From an uncultured Spirochaetota bacterium (GTDB lineage: Bacteria > Spirochaetota > Spirochaetia > SZUA-6 > Fen-1364), in NCBI GenBank assembly GCA_963781885.1, contig CAWAHW010000007.1:288001-352000 (forward strand): a DNA stretch of 64,000 nucleotides, written 5' to 3'. Shown here one piece after another: positions 54,655 through 64,000 of this stretch. How positions within the stretch are numbered: the first letter of the stretch is position 1; each line of letters begins with the position of its first letter. Under the pieces are notes generated by a model, which did not search any database, had not been told where the DNA came from, and worked only from the letters and a program-made list of their open reading frames with translations. Made by a program: the position numbers and the translations under genes.

Positions 54655-55158
54655 ATGGATGTCCATCGCTTTCAGGGCTTCGACATGGTTCTGGTCTGCG
54701 GGCTGCCGGGGTCGGGGAAGTCCCATTTCGCGAGCACGTATTTCAAGACCACGGGGCACATGCGCGTCAATCGCAAGGAGATCCGCCGCCTGCTCTTCGA
54801 GATGACCCACTTCGGCCAGAAGTGGACGGAGAAGGACTTCGCGGCGTCCGACGAGTTCCTGGTCAACCACGTGGAGCGCAAGATCGTCGAGCACCTCCTG
54901 CAGGCGAAGCAGAAGGTCCTCATCGACAATACCAGCGTCTCGCGCGAGTCGCGCAAGCCCTATATCGTTCACGCGCGCCAGACCGGCAAGAGCATCGGGG
55001 CGATCTTCATCGACACGCCCGTGATCAAATGCATGGAACGCAACAGGTCTCGTGAGGACTCCGTCCCCGAACGCACCATCGCCAACCTCGCCGCGGAAAA
55101 GGAGCTGCCCGAGATCGCTGAGGGCTACAAGGACGTCCTCGTCATTGACTCCTACTGA
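54655..55158 (+). CDS. AAA_33 P-loop kinase (polynucleotide-kinase-like)
   Basis: GLPGSGKS, IDNT, CMERNRSR lid. Confidence 0.85.
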   Translation: MDVHRFQGFDMVLVCGLPGSGKSHFASTYFKTTGHMRVNRKEIRRLLFEMTHFGQKWTEKDFAASDEFLVNHVERKIVEHLLQAKQKVLIDNTSVSRESRKPYIVHARQTGKSIGAIFIDTPVIKCMERNRSREDSVPERTIANLAAEKELPEIAEGYKDVLVIDSY

Positions 55159-55180
55159 ACCGGCGGGATACCCTTCGGCC

Positions 55181-56509
55181 ATGGAGCAGGACCGCCTCCG
55201 CGAGCACGTCGACACCATCCGCGAAGTCTTCAGCTACATCAAGCAGTTCAGCGGGACGACGTTCGTCGTGAAGATCGATGACGTGGTGATGGGAGATCCC
55301 CTTTTCTCCGTGCTCGGCAAGGACCTTGCGCTTCTCCACGAGGCCGGCATCGGGATCGTGATCGCGCCCAGCGCCAAGGAGCGCATCAACGAGGTCCTCG
55401 CGAAGTACGAGGTGCCGTACAAGGTCATCAAGGGCGTGCGCGTGACCAGCGACGAGGCGATCCCGTTCATCAAGATGGCGGCCTTCGACTCCTCCAACAG
55501 GGTGATGACGATGCTGTCGGCGAACGGCATCACGGCGGTCATCGGCAACTGGGTGAGGGCGCGCGGCATCGGGGTCATCGACGGGGTGGACTTCCAGAGC
55601 GCCGGCGTCGTGGAGAGCGTGCGCGTCGAATCCGTGCGCGAGATGTTGGAGGACGGGGTCGTGCCCATCCTTCCCTGCATCGGGTGGAGCTCGGTGGGAA
55701 AGCCGTACAACATCTCCTCCAACGAGCTTGCCGTGGTCGTGGCGACGACGCTCGGCGCGCAGAAGCTCATCTTCGTCACCGCACGGCCCGGATATGACGC
55801 GCAGTCCTTCGTCGTGCCGGAGACGGTGCCGGTGGCCCCGGGCGGGAGGCTTGCGAATTTCAGCCTGGCGGACCTCGACGCTTTTTTTGCCGCGAATCCC
55901 GGCCGGGAGCTCGACCTGGAGCTGCTTCACCGGGCGCGGCGTGCCTGCGCCGGCGGCGTCGAGCGCGTCCACATCCTGGACGGCCGGGAGGAGGGGGTCA
56001 TCCTCAAGGAGACCTTCTCCAATCTCGGATCGGGCACCATGGTGTACTCCAACCGCTACGGCGGCATCCGGCCCATGACGGCGAACGACATCTCCGACGT
56101 GCTGCGCATCATGAAGCCCTTCGTGGACACGGGCGTCCTCGTATCGCGGACGGAGGCGCAGCTGGAAGAGACGCTCGCCGACTTCATCGTGTTCGACGTC
56201 GACGACTCGGTGCACGCCTGTGCCGCGCTGCACGAGTTCCCGGAAGGGCTCGCCGAGATCGCCGGCATCGCCGTGGACGAGCATTTCCTCCATCTCGGCG
56301 TCGGGCCGAAGCTCGTTGATTTTCTCTGCGAGAGGGCGCGCCAGAAGGGCCTGCGCGCGGTCTTCGTGCTCACCACGCAGACGGCGGACTGGTTCCAGAA
56401 GCTGGGCTTCGCCGAGGCGGACCCCGCCGCCCTGCCGGAGAAGAAGCGGCTGTCCTACAATCTCCAGCGGAAATCGCGCGTGTTTCTGAAAAACCTCGCG
56501 GGGGCCTGA
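55181..56509 (+). CDS. argA: Amino-acid N-acetyltransferase (N-acetylglutamate synthase)
   Basis: AAK domain (GVRVT, GVDFQSAG, GVERVHILDG, GSGTMV) plus C-terminal GNAT (LTTQTADWF...GF, YNLQRKSR). Confidence 0.92.
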   Translation: MEQDRLREHVDTIREVFSYIKQFSGTTFVVKIDDVVMGDPLFSVLGKDLALLHEAGIGIVIAPSAKERINEVLAKYEVPYKVIKGVRVTSDEAIPFIKMAAFDSSNRVMTMLSANGITAVIGNWVRARGIGVIDGVDFQSAGVVESVRVESVREMLEDGVVPILPCIGWSSVGKPYNISSNELAVVVATTLGAQKLIFVTARPGYDAQSFVVPETVPVAPGGRLANFSLADLDAFFAANPGRELDLELLHRARRACAGGVERVHILDGREEGVILKETFSNLGSGTMVYSNRYGGIRPMTANDISDVLRIMKPFVDTGVLVSRTEAQLEETLADFIVFDVDDSVHACAALHEFPEGLAEIAGIAVDEHFLHLGVGPKLVDFLCERARQKGLRAVFVLTTQTADWFQKLGFAEADPAALPEKKRLSYNLQRKSRVFLKNLAGA

Positions 56510-56572
56510 GCCGCGACATGGGCCTCCGTTCCCTTGGATGAGATTGACGTCGACTAGCATTTGTTAATTCAG

Positions 56573-56693
56573 CGTTGCACAATTGCAACGTCAGGATACC
56601 GGTGAGACCGTCCGCGGGGTTTGCGACGCCAAACTTTTTCCTGAAAAGGAATTAGATGCGCTCTTCCAGTCCGGCCATGGCACGGATGTTGCT
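56573..56693 (+). promoter_or_regulatory. Sigma54 promoter with upstream enhancer palindrome
   Basis: TGGCAC-GGATG-TTGCT at 56678-56693; CGTTGCA-CAAT-TGCAACG at 56573-56590. Confidence 0.8.
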
Positions 56694-56716
56694 TGTTTAA
56701 AGGATGGAACAGGGAG

Positions 56717-58179
56717 ATGAGCTCAGAGCCGCTCAAGACTTTTCCCGGCAATAAGGGATCCTCTCACGCCTATCCGCTCGTGCCCATCGTCGTCATCGAT
56801 GACGAGGCTTCCATCTGCACGCTCATCCGGCGGACGCTCGAAATGGCGGGCATCACCAATGTCATCGCCTGCGACGATCCGCAGCGCGCGCGGGAGGTCG
56901 TGAGGAAGAGCGGCGCCTACATCGTGATCCTTGACCTTGTGATGCCGCGGCTGCGGGGGGAAGTCCTCCTGGAGCAGCTGCGGGCGATGACCGCCAACCT
57001 GGCCGCCATCATGGTCACCGTCACCGACGATCCACAGAAGATCGTCGAGTGCATGCGGCTGGGCGCCGTGGATTACCTCGTGAAGCCCATCGAGAGCGGC
57101 AGGCTCGTCGCGGCGGTGCGCCGGGTGCTGGAAAACGACGAGCTGCGGAGCGAGAACCGCGACCTGAAGAACCGCGTCATCAACAAGCGCCTCGAGCATC
57201 CCGATGCATTCGCGCACATCATCACCGCCAATGAGAGGATGCAGGCGCTTTTCCTCTACACCGAATCGGCGGCAAAGACGTCGCAGGCGGTGCTCATCAG
57301 CGGGGAGACGGGCGCGGGCAAGGAGCTTTTCGCGCGCGCCGTCCACGACGCGAGCGGCCGGCCGGGACAATTCGTCGCGGTGAACGTCGCGGGGCTGGAT
57401 TCCGAGATGTTCAGCGACACGCTCTTCGGCCACGGCGCGGGGCCTTCACCGGGGCAGTGGCGCCGCGGCAGGGGCTCGTGGAGGCGGCCACGGGCGGGAC
57501 GCTCTTCCTCGACGAGATCGGGGACCTCCAGCAGGCGGCGCAGGTGAAGCTGCTGCGCCTCCTGGAGTCCGGCGAATATCTCCCCCTCGGCTCGGATCAC
57601 CCGCGCATGTCCAGCGCGCGCATCGTCGCCTCGACCAACCGGGACCTCCGCCTGCTCCAGGAGAACGGCGCTTTCCGCCGGGACCTCTACTTCCGCCTGG
57701 GCACGCATGAGATCGGCATCCCGCCGCTTCGCGAGCACCTCGACGACATCCCCTTGCTCGTGCGCCATTTCGCCGACAGCCTCGCCGCGGAGCTGGGCCG
57801 TCCTGCCCCCGACGTGTCCCCCGCGCTCATCGACTGGCTGCGGGGTCACACCTTCCCGGGCAACGTGCGGGAATTGCGATCCATGATTGCCGATGCGCTG
57901 AGCCACGACGGCTCGGGCCTGCTCTCCCCATCGTCCTTCCGGCCGCGGCAGGCGCCCCCGGCGGGAGAACGCGGCGCACCGGGGACCGCCGCCGAGCCCA
58001 CCTTCGGCGCCGTGCTGCCCTCCATACGCCACTGCATCGATGCGCTGATCGCCGAGAGCCTGCGGCGCACCGGCGGGGTCCAGGCTGACGCGGCGCGCCT
58101 GCTGGGAATTTCCGCCGCGGCGCTCAGCCGCCGGCTCTCGCGCCACAGGACCCCGTCGCGCGGGGGGACGGGAGAATGA
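56717..58179 (+). CDS. NtrC-type sigma54-dependent response regulator (REC-AAA+-HTH); frameshift near 57440
   Basis: IDDE, LDLVMP, KP; GETGAGKE; GAFTGA recovered across the frameshift; LFLDEI, FRRDLYFRL, PGNVREL, AARLLGIS. Confidence 0.92.
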
Positions 58180-58619
58180 GCGGCCGCCGGCGGACCGCTT
58201 CCCGCGCGACGCCGCCCTTTCCCCTCCTCACCGGCGCGCAGCACGGCCTGCTCGTGCTGGCGGCGCTCTGCGCGGCCGGCGACGTCGCCGTCCACCTTTC
58301 AAGCGCGCATGTCTCCCTGCTCCTCGATCTGTGGGCGGCGGCGATGCTCTTGGGCATGCTCGGTGTGTCGTATGCCCTGCGCGTGCTCCGGAACGGTTTT
58401 CGCCTGAAAGCCCGGATCGGGCGGGACCGACCCGCCTTTCCCGCGATCGTTCCCATCTGCGCAGAATGCAAGAAGATACGCGACGACAATGGGAGGTGGC
58501 ACCGGGTGGAGGACTTCATCTCTTCGCGCACCGGCGCGATCTTCACGCACGGAATCTGTCCCACCTGCGCGAAGAAGTACGACCCCGATCCCCCGCGCGG
58601 GCCTACTGGACGCCCTTGA
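58176..58619 (+). CDS. Two-TM protein with a C-terminal Cys/His zinc-ribbon-like domain
   Basis: PICAECKKIRDDNGRW...FTHGICPTC; ATGA overlap with the regulator. Confidence 0.75.
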   Translation: MSGRRRTASRATPPFPLLTGAQHGLLVLAALCAAGDVAVHLSSAHVSLLLDLWAAAMLLGMLGVSYALRVLRNGFRLKARIGRDRPAFPAIVPICAECKKIRDDNGRWHRVEDFISSRTGAIFTHGICPTCAKKYDPDPPRGPTGRP

Positions 58620-60870
58620 AGGCGAAAAACTCCTTGTATTGGAGGTCTTCAATGAGGGTGTGCTTGATGAGCCAGTCCTTCAGGTAGTCGACGATGGTCT
58701 CCGAGCGCGGCCGCGCGCGTCTCTCTCCCACCCGCACGAACAGGGCGAGCCGCTCCAGGAGCGCGGCATGCTCGCGGCGCTGGACGGAAAGCCGCGGGTA
58801 GTCGTTGCTCTCCATGTAGCCTTCCTCCGTGGCGAAGTGGTCGCGCGTGAAACCCAGCAGCGCTTCCTTCTGCTCGTCGTGGCCCTGGATGGCGCCGCTT
58901 TTTCCGATTGCCTCGGAGAGCGCGTTGACGAGGGAGAACAGGGTGCGGTGCTGGTCGTCGAGCTCCTTCACCCCGACGCGGAACGACTCGGACCATTCGA
59001 AGCGGAAGCCGGCGCGGAAGCTGCGCAGCCGCCGCTCGAATGCCTCCAAGAGATCCCACTGCACCACCGGGATGTTGGTGAGGATGTCGGCGGGGATGGC
59101 GTAGAAAACCGAGTCGGAGGCGGCGCGCGCGGTGCAGAGCGTCGGGGCCGCGCTTGCGACGCGCTCTTCCCCCCAGAAGCCGCCGGGCCCGATCGTCTCA
59201 ATGAGGCGAGCGCCCATGACGATGTCCACCTCGCCGGACGCCAGGAGGAGGAGCTCGGGCGACGCGTCGGGAACGGCCGTGCTTCCACGCGCGAGGCTGC
59301 GCCTCTCCATGGAGGCCGCGATGGCCTCGCGGACGGTCCGCAGGCGGACGGTGTCGAAGAGCGGACAGCGGCCGAGCGCGGCCATGGCCGCCCCTTCGGC
59401 GGGTGCGGTGGGCGCAAGCGCCGCCGTTTCCGCGGGCCGCGGCGGTCCGGGAATCAGCACGTCCACGTCGCCGAAGGAAACCATCGCCGTCTCCCGCCCG
59501 GGAATGCCGGTGCCGGCCGAGACGCCGTGGCTCAGGAGCAGGCGCACGGAACGGTCACCGGCGAAATCCGCCGCATTACCGTGAATGAGGCCGCCGCCGC
59601 CGTCGATCTTTTTCACGTCCGCCGGATCGCGCAGGGCCTTCAGAAACGCGGCCTTGCCGGCCGCCGAAAGGGCCGCACCGTTGGGGCCGGGCGCCGACAG
59701 CTTCTCTATCACGTCGATCGATGGAATGTCGGCGAGATGCGCGTAGACCTTGGCCGCGCCGCCTTCGCCCGCCCGGAAAAAAAAGATCGTCGTCTCCACG
59801 GGATGGGGGGAATAGACGGGCTTCGCCTCGACGCCGTTGATGGGGTTCCAGGCACCCGGGACCAGGTCGTGCACGTCGAAGAGCCGGTGGAACCGGCTCT
59901 CATCGATGCGCATGAGGGCGGCGAGCTTCTTCTGGACGCTCGCGCGCACCCAGGGAACCGCGTAGTAGGCCAGCCGCCGCTCCGAGCGCACCAGCGAGGT
60001 AAGGCCCGCGAAATGGTCGTCGTGCGCGTGGGTGTGGAATATGCCCTGCACATCCGCCGGCCCCAGGCCGAGCGCCTCCAGGGATTTCGTGATGTTCGGC
60101 CCGGCATCGACCAGGTACAGCCGGCCCTCCACGCACAGCATGCTCCCCATGCAGGGCCGGCGCACGTCCCAGCCGTCCCCTTCGCCCATGTGGATGATGG
60201 AAAAACGATCGCGGGAAAACGACCGCGGGGGCAGGTTGTAGGGGGCCTGGTAGCTCTCTTCCGCGCCGAGAGAAAGGTTCACTTCGACGGACTGGCCCGC
60301 ATGGAGGAACTCGTACCGGTTGAAGCCCTTGCGGTGGACCACCACACCGGGGGCAAGACCCACCGCGTCAGCATCCAGCGCGCGCGTTTCCACCAGCTCC
60401 GCAGTATCCCTGATCCTGCCGAAGCCGAACCACCTCTTGATGGCCATCATCTCGGCTGCTTCCGCGGCGGAGACGCCACAGGCGACAAGCTCCTCCTCCG
60501 ATGCCAGGCCATAGTTTCCCCGGAAGAAATACGCCGCCTGGGAGCGCACCTGGTCGCCCAGGCCGATCAGGAGGGGCTTGCGGCCGCTATTGCCAGGATG
60601 GCCGGGAATGATCATGCCCTGCCGGTAGAACATCTGCAGGAGCACGAACTCCGAAAGATTCGTGAAGCTGCCTTTCTGGATGGGGGTGTCGGAGAGGAGG
60701 ATGGCGTTGGGCCCGGTTTCATACTCCACGCCGTCGCGCCGGATCGGCGCGATGAAGCCGCCCTTGATGAGATGCTTGACGGTGTCCGCCGGGCAGCCGC
60801 AGAGGATGCGCAGGTCCGCCTCCGGTATTTCAACCCAGAAAATGCCGTTGGCGACTTTTTGTATCTTCAT
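58603..60870 (-). CDS. Metallo-beta-lactamase-fold / cNMP-binding / bacteriohemerythrin fusion protein
   Basis: HTHAHDDH MBL motif, PHPVET; FWGEE cNMP-like; WSESFRVGV...DDQH, HFATEE, EH, WLIKHTLIED. Confidence 0.88.
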   Translation of the reverse strand: MKIQKVANGIFWVEIPEADLRILCGCPADTVKHLIKGGFIAPIRRDGVEYETGPNAILLSDTPIQKGSFTNLSEFVLLQMFYRQGMIIPGHPGNSGRKPLLIGLGDQVRSQAAYFFRGNYGLASEEELVACGVSAAEAAEMMAIKRWFGFGRIRDTAELVETRALDADAVGLAPGVVVHRKGFNRYEFLHAGQSVEVNLSLGAEESYQAPYNLPPRSFSRDRFSIIHMGEGDGWDVRRPCMGSMLCVEGRLYLVDAGPNITKSLEALGLGPADVQGIFHTHAHDDHFAGLTSLVRSERRLAYYAVPWVRASVQKKLAALMRIDESRFHRLFDVHDLVPGAWNPINGVEAKPVYSPHPVETTIFFFRAGEGGAAKVYAHLADIPSIDVIEKLSAPGPNGAALSAAGKAAFLKALRDPADVKKIDGGGGLIHGNAADFAGDRSVRLLLSHGVSAGTGIPGRETAMVSFGDVDVLIPGPPRPAETAALAPTAPAEGAAMAALGRCPLFDTVRLRTVREAIAASMERRSLARGSTAVPDASPELLLLASGEVDIVMGARLIETIGPGGFWGEERVASAAPTLCTARAASDSVFYAIPADILTNIPVVQWDLLEAFERRLRSFRAGFRFEWSESFRVGVKELDDQHRTLFSLVNALSEAIGKSGAIQGHDEQKEALLGFTRDHFATEEGYMESNDYPRLSVQRREHAALLERLALFVRVGERRARPRSETIVDYLKDWLIKHTLIEDLQYKEFFAFKGVQ

Positions 60871-60954
60871 TGCGTCGGATGGCGCTCCTGTTCACTATTA
60901 TACGCCATCCATGGCAATCTTCAATTGAACGGGGCAATGGCGGGAGGTGCCGAG

Positions 60955-61239
60955 GTGGGTTTCAATCTGGAGGTTTTCGGTTCCGCATTCATCATGATTT
61001 TTCTTGCCGAGCTGGGCGACAAGACGCAGATCTCCACGTTCGCCTTCGCCTCGGAGACGCGCTCGGTCCTTTCAGTTTTTCTCGGCGCTGCCCTCGCCCT
61101 GGTCTGCACGACATTCCTCGGTGTCGTGCTGGGGAGCGCCGTCGGCAGGTTCGTGCCGGAGCGCATCATGAAGTTCGTGGCAGCGGCGGTTTTCCTGGGC
61201 TTCGGGGCATGGACCCTCGTCCAGGCGATAAAGGGCTGA
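60955..61239 (+). CDS. TMEM165/GDT1 (UPF0016) single-domain Mn/Ca transporter
   Basis: FLAELGDKTQ motif, three TM segments, SD GGAGGT. Confidence 0.88.
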   Translation: MGFNLEVFGSAFIMIFLAELGDKTQISTFAFASETRSVLSVFLGAALALVCTTFLGVVLGSAVGRFVPERIMKFVAAAVFLGFGAWTLVQAIKG

Positions 61240-61241
61240 CC

Positions 61242-61715
61242 GTGCCGGGCATCATCAGGCGCTGGATACTCTCCCGGGTGCTGGGAAGCGCGCTGGCCTT
61301 CGAGGGGGAAGCAATCGATGCCTACCGCGACATGCAGGAGCGAATGAGAAAAAGAGGCGGCGCCTGCGACGAGTCGCTGGAGAGCGGTATCTGCCATCTC
61401 CTGGAAGAAGAGGAGATGCATCGTCGGGTGCTCACCGATGCCGCGAATGGCAGGCTGTCGGAGGAGGAATTGGAGAGAATGCTGGGAGGGCACGCCTCCA
61501 GAGGCCCCGCGGCCCTGCACCCGCTCCCGGGCGATGAGCGTGAGCTCTGGCGCCCGGATCTCGAGCGCTCCCTCGACCAGGAGCAGAAGACCTGGGTATT
61601 CTACGGGAACCTCCAGCGCATCAGCAAAATTCCCGCCGTGAAGAAGGCCTTTGCCGTGCTCGCGAGCATGGAGCACGAGCACGTCGACATCCTTCGCACG
61701 CTCCTGGGCCTGTGA
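61242..61715 (+). CDS. Ferritin-like/rubrerythrin-family protein
   Basis: ALAFE...Y, EEEMH, QE...FY, MEHEH: paired E...ExxH di-iron motifs. Confidence 0.8.
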   Translation: MPGIIRRWILSRVLGSALAFEGEAIDAYRDMQERMRKRGGACDESLESGICHLLEEEEMHRRVLTDAANGRLSEEELERMLGGHASRGPAALHPLPGDERELWRPDLERSLDQEQKTWVFYGNLQRISKIPAVKKAFAVLASMEHEHVDILRTLLGL

Positions 61716-61805
61716 ACGGGCGGCTCGCGCGCACCGCTTCTCCTTGACACCACCACCCCGTACAACTATCCTTTTCAATACAAAGAAAAGGCAGACGGGG
61801 GCCGG

Positions 61806-63296
61806 ATGTCTACTGAAATAGACCTGACGCAGATAAAAAGGGCGGCGCACAGCGCGGTTCCGCTCTCCTTCAAGACGTACACGCTCCCGCACGAAACGGA
61901 AATCTACCTCGACAAGGTTCTGGAGAGCTTTCTCACGGAGCTGGGACAGGAAAAGCTGAAGGAGCCTCTCTCCTACTGCCTGCGCGAGCTCGCGGTGAAC
62001 GCGAAGAAGGCGAACACCAAGCGCGTGTACTTCCTTGAAAAAGGACTCGACCTTAACAATGAGAAGGAATACGAGTCCGGCATGAAGTACTTCAAGCAGG
62101 AGACATTCGACAACATCCAGTACTATCTGCAGAAGCAGAAAGAGCTGGGCATGTATATCAAGGTGATCTTCCAGACAAAGGGGCCCACGCTCAGCATCAT
62201 GGTCCGCAACAACGTGGAGATCACCAAGAAGGAACAGATGCGGGTCTTCGACCGCCTGGCCCGGTCGCGCGCTTTTTCCTCGCTTGAGGAGGCCTTCGCC
62301 ACGGTGCTGGACAGCTCGGAAGGGGCGGGTCTGGGCATCGTCATCCTCGTGCTCATGATGAAGAAGATCGGTCTGAGCGAGGACTGCTTTTCCATCGACT
62401 CGGAGGACGGGGAGACGGTGGCGAGCATCACCATCCCGTTCTCGGAAGTGCACCTGGAGCAGCTCGACACGCTCACCCAGACCATCGTCAAGGAGATTGA
62501 GACACTTCCCCAGTTCCCCGACAACATCGTCAATCTCCAGCGTCTCATCGCGGATCCCAACGCGGAGATCACCGACATCGCCCGGGAGATCAGCGTCGAC
62601 CCGTCCATGACGGCGGACCTTCTGAAGCTCGTGAACTCCGCGCAATTCATGCTGCCAAAGCGCGTGGACAACATCGTGGAGGCGGTGAAGCTCGTCGGCA
62701 CCAAGGGCGTGCGCAACCTCCTCTATTCCTACGGCACCCAGAAGGTGATGGGGGAGAAGTACAGCGAGATGCGCTCCCTCTGGCAGCACTCCTACAAGTG
62801 CGCTTTCTACGCCTACTACATCGCCAAGAGCTTCAAGAGGAAGAAGGAGCTTCTGGACGATGTCTACGTCGGCGGCATCCTCCACGACCTCGGGCAGATC
62901 GTCATCGCCTCTCTGCATCCCGACCTGCTGGACCGCATCACGAAGGTCTGCAAGGACAAGGGGATTCCTTCGCGGATGCTGGAGAACTTCTCCGTGGGTC
63001 TCAACCACGCGGAGGTGGGCGCTCTGATCGCGAAGAAGTGGAACTTCCCGGAGCAGCTCGTGACGGCCATCCGGTTCCACCACGAGCCTCTCCAGGCCCC
63101 TGCCGGCGGACGCGACATCGTCTACTGCGTCTACCTTGCCAACGCCATCTGCGACATCGAGCGGGAGCGCATCATCTTCGACCAGATCCAGACCCCTGTT
63201 CTCAAGGATTTTGGGATCGAGACGGAAGACCAGCTCATGAAAATCCAAGAAAAGCTCTCCAAGATGTTCGACGACCAGCGCCAGAAGTTCCAGTGA
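61806..63296 (+). CDS. HDOD-domain signalling protein with an N-terminal HATPase-like domain
   Basis: ELAVNA and GAGLG boxes; DPSMTADLLKLVNSA, LWQHS, GILHDLG, HAEVG...KWNFP. Confidence 0.88.
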   Translation: MSTEIDLTQIKRAAHSAVPLSFKTYTLPHETEIYLDKVLESFLTELGQEKLKEPLSYCLRELAVNAKKANTKRVYFLEKGLDLNNEKEYESGMKYFKQETFDNIQYYLQKQKELGMYIKVIFQTKGPTLSIMVRNNVEITKKEQMRVFDRLARSRAFSSLEEAFATVLDSSEGAGLGIVILVLMMKKIGLSEDCFSIDSEDGETVASITIPFSEVHLEQLDTLTQTIVKEIETLPQFPDNIVNLQRLIADPNAEITDIAREISVDPSMTADLLKLVNSAQFMLPKRVDNIVEAVKLVGTKGVRNLLYSYGTQKVMGEKYSEMRSLWQHSYKCAFYAYYIAKSFKRKKELLDDVYVGGILHDLGQIVIASLHPDLLDRITKVCKDKGIPSRMLENFSVGLNHAEVGALIAKKWNFPEQLVTAIRFHHEPLQAPAGGRDIVYCVYLANAICDIERERIIFDQIQTPVLKDFGIETEDQLMKIQEKLSKMFDDQRQKFQ

Positions 63297-63400
63297 TCGC
63301 AGGCCCGGACGGAGGTCGTTCGTCTCCGCCGTCCTGGCTGCCTTGACGCCTTGCCCGCTGCATATTATTATTCATATATATCAGTTCCAGGAGCAAAGTC

Positions 63401-63631
63401 ATGGCAGTGACGATCTATACGACACCCACCTGCGGCTATTGCAAAGTGGCGAAAGAGTTCTTTAGGACGCAGCACGTTCCCTACACCGAGTACAATGTCG
63501 CCTCCGACCAGCGCAAGGCGGAGGAAATGGTGCGGAAGTCCGGACAGATGAGTGTGCCGGTCATCGACGTGCATGGAAAGATAATCGTCGGTTTCAACAA
63601 GCCCGAGATCGAAAAGGCCCTCCGCAGATAG
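63401..63631 (+). CDS. Glutaredoxin-like NrdH/YruB redoxin
   Basis: CGYC, GQMSVPVI, VGFN. Confidence 0.92.
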   Translation: MAVTIYTTPTCGYCKVAKEFFRTQHVPYTEYNVASDQRKAEEMVRKSGQMSVPVIDVHGKIIVGFNKPEIEKALRR

Positions 63632-63688
63632 CGCGATCCCAAGCGCCGCGCTCGTCCCCGCCGTCTAGTCCAGCGAGGAGAGCATTCC

Positions 63689-64000
63689 ATGAACAGAGGC
63701 ATGAAGGCAGTCATCGTTCACGCGCGGCCGGAAATCCAGGCACGGAGGCTGAGGGTTCTCGTTTCCGTGCGCGCGGATTCCGGGGAGATGCGGGAGGCGC
63801 AGATGCCGGACCGGGAGGTCGCCGCCATTCTTCCGCGCTCGCTGCTGGTGGGGGAGGGCGCCACCGCCCCCGCGTCGCTCCTGAACACCCTTGCGCCCAT
63901 TATCGCGCGCATGAGTGAAGGAAGGCGCGTGCGGCTCTGGGAATACAAGGAGCGCTGGTTCCTTTCATTTCAGCCCTGGAGAAGCGTCCGATTCGTGGAG
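63689..64000 (+). CDS. Hypothetical protein, runs off the window edge
   Basis: Open frame MNRGMKAVIVHARPE...WRSVRFVE with SD GAGGAG. Confidence 0.6.
   Translation, partial: MNRGMKAVIVHARPEIQARRLRVLVSVRADSGEMREAQMPDREVAAILPRSLLVGEGATAPASLLNTLAPIIARMSEGRRVRLWEYKERWFLSFQPWRSVRFVE

Overview
GC-rich bacterial chromosome segment, most likely from an uncultured anaerobic spirochaete (inferred from DUF2259, the lspA-adjacent small membrane protein, a HATPase-HDOD fusion, archaeal-type ProRS and the style of the integrase). Positions 1-8950 look like the decayed end of a lower-GC island inserted at tRNA-Val(CAC). It carries a truncated tyrosine integrase, detoxification-type cargo and an uncharacterised ABC-ATPase / HypB-UreG-like GTPase / Fe-S protein trio. 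The rest is mostly core and metabolic genes: aroF, two ABC-2 exporters, a possible aminocyclitol or amino-sugar locus, a 934-aa PHP-like membrane protein, proS, purL/purQ, a 25-bp hairpin tandem repeat, tRNA-Ala(GGC), lspA, Bcd-EtfAB, a LacI/ABC/yicI xyloside locus, argA, a sigma54-driven NtrC-type regulator, an MBL-cNMP-hemerythrin fusion and redox/metal genes. At least a dozen single-base frameshifts, one of them in essential proS, indicate uncorrected assembly indels. No CRISPR array, rRNA or intact mobile element was seen. All family calls are by motif recognition; no database searches were run.
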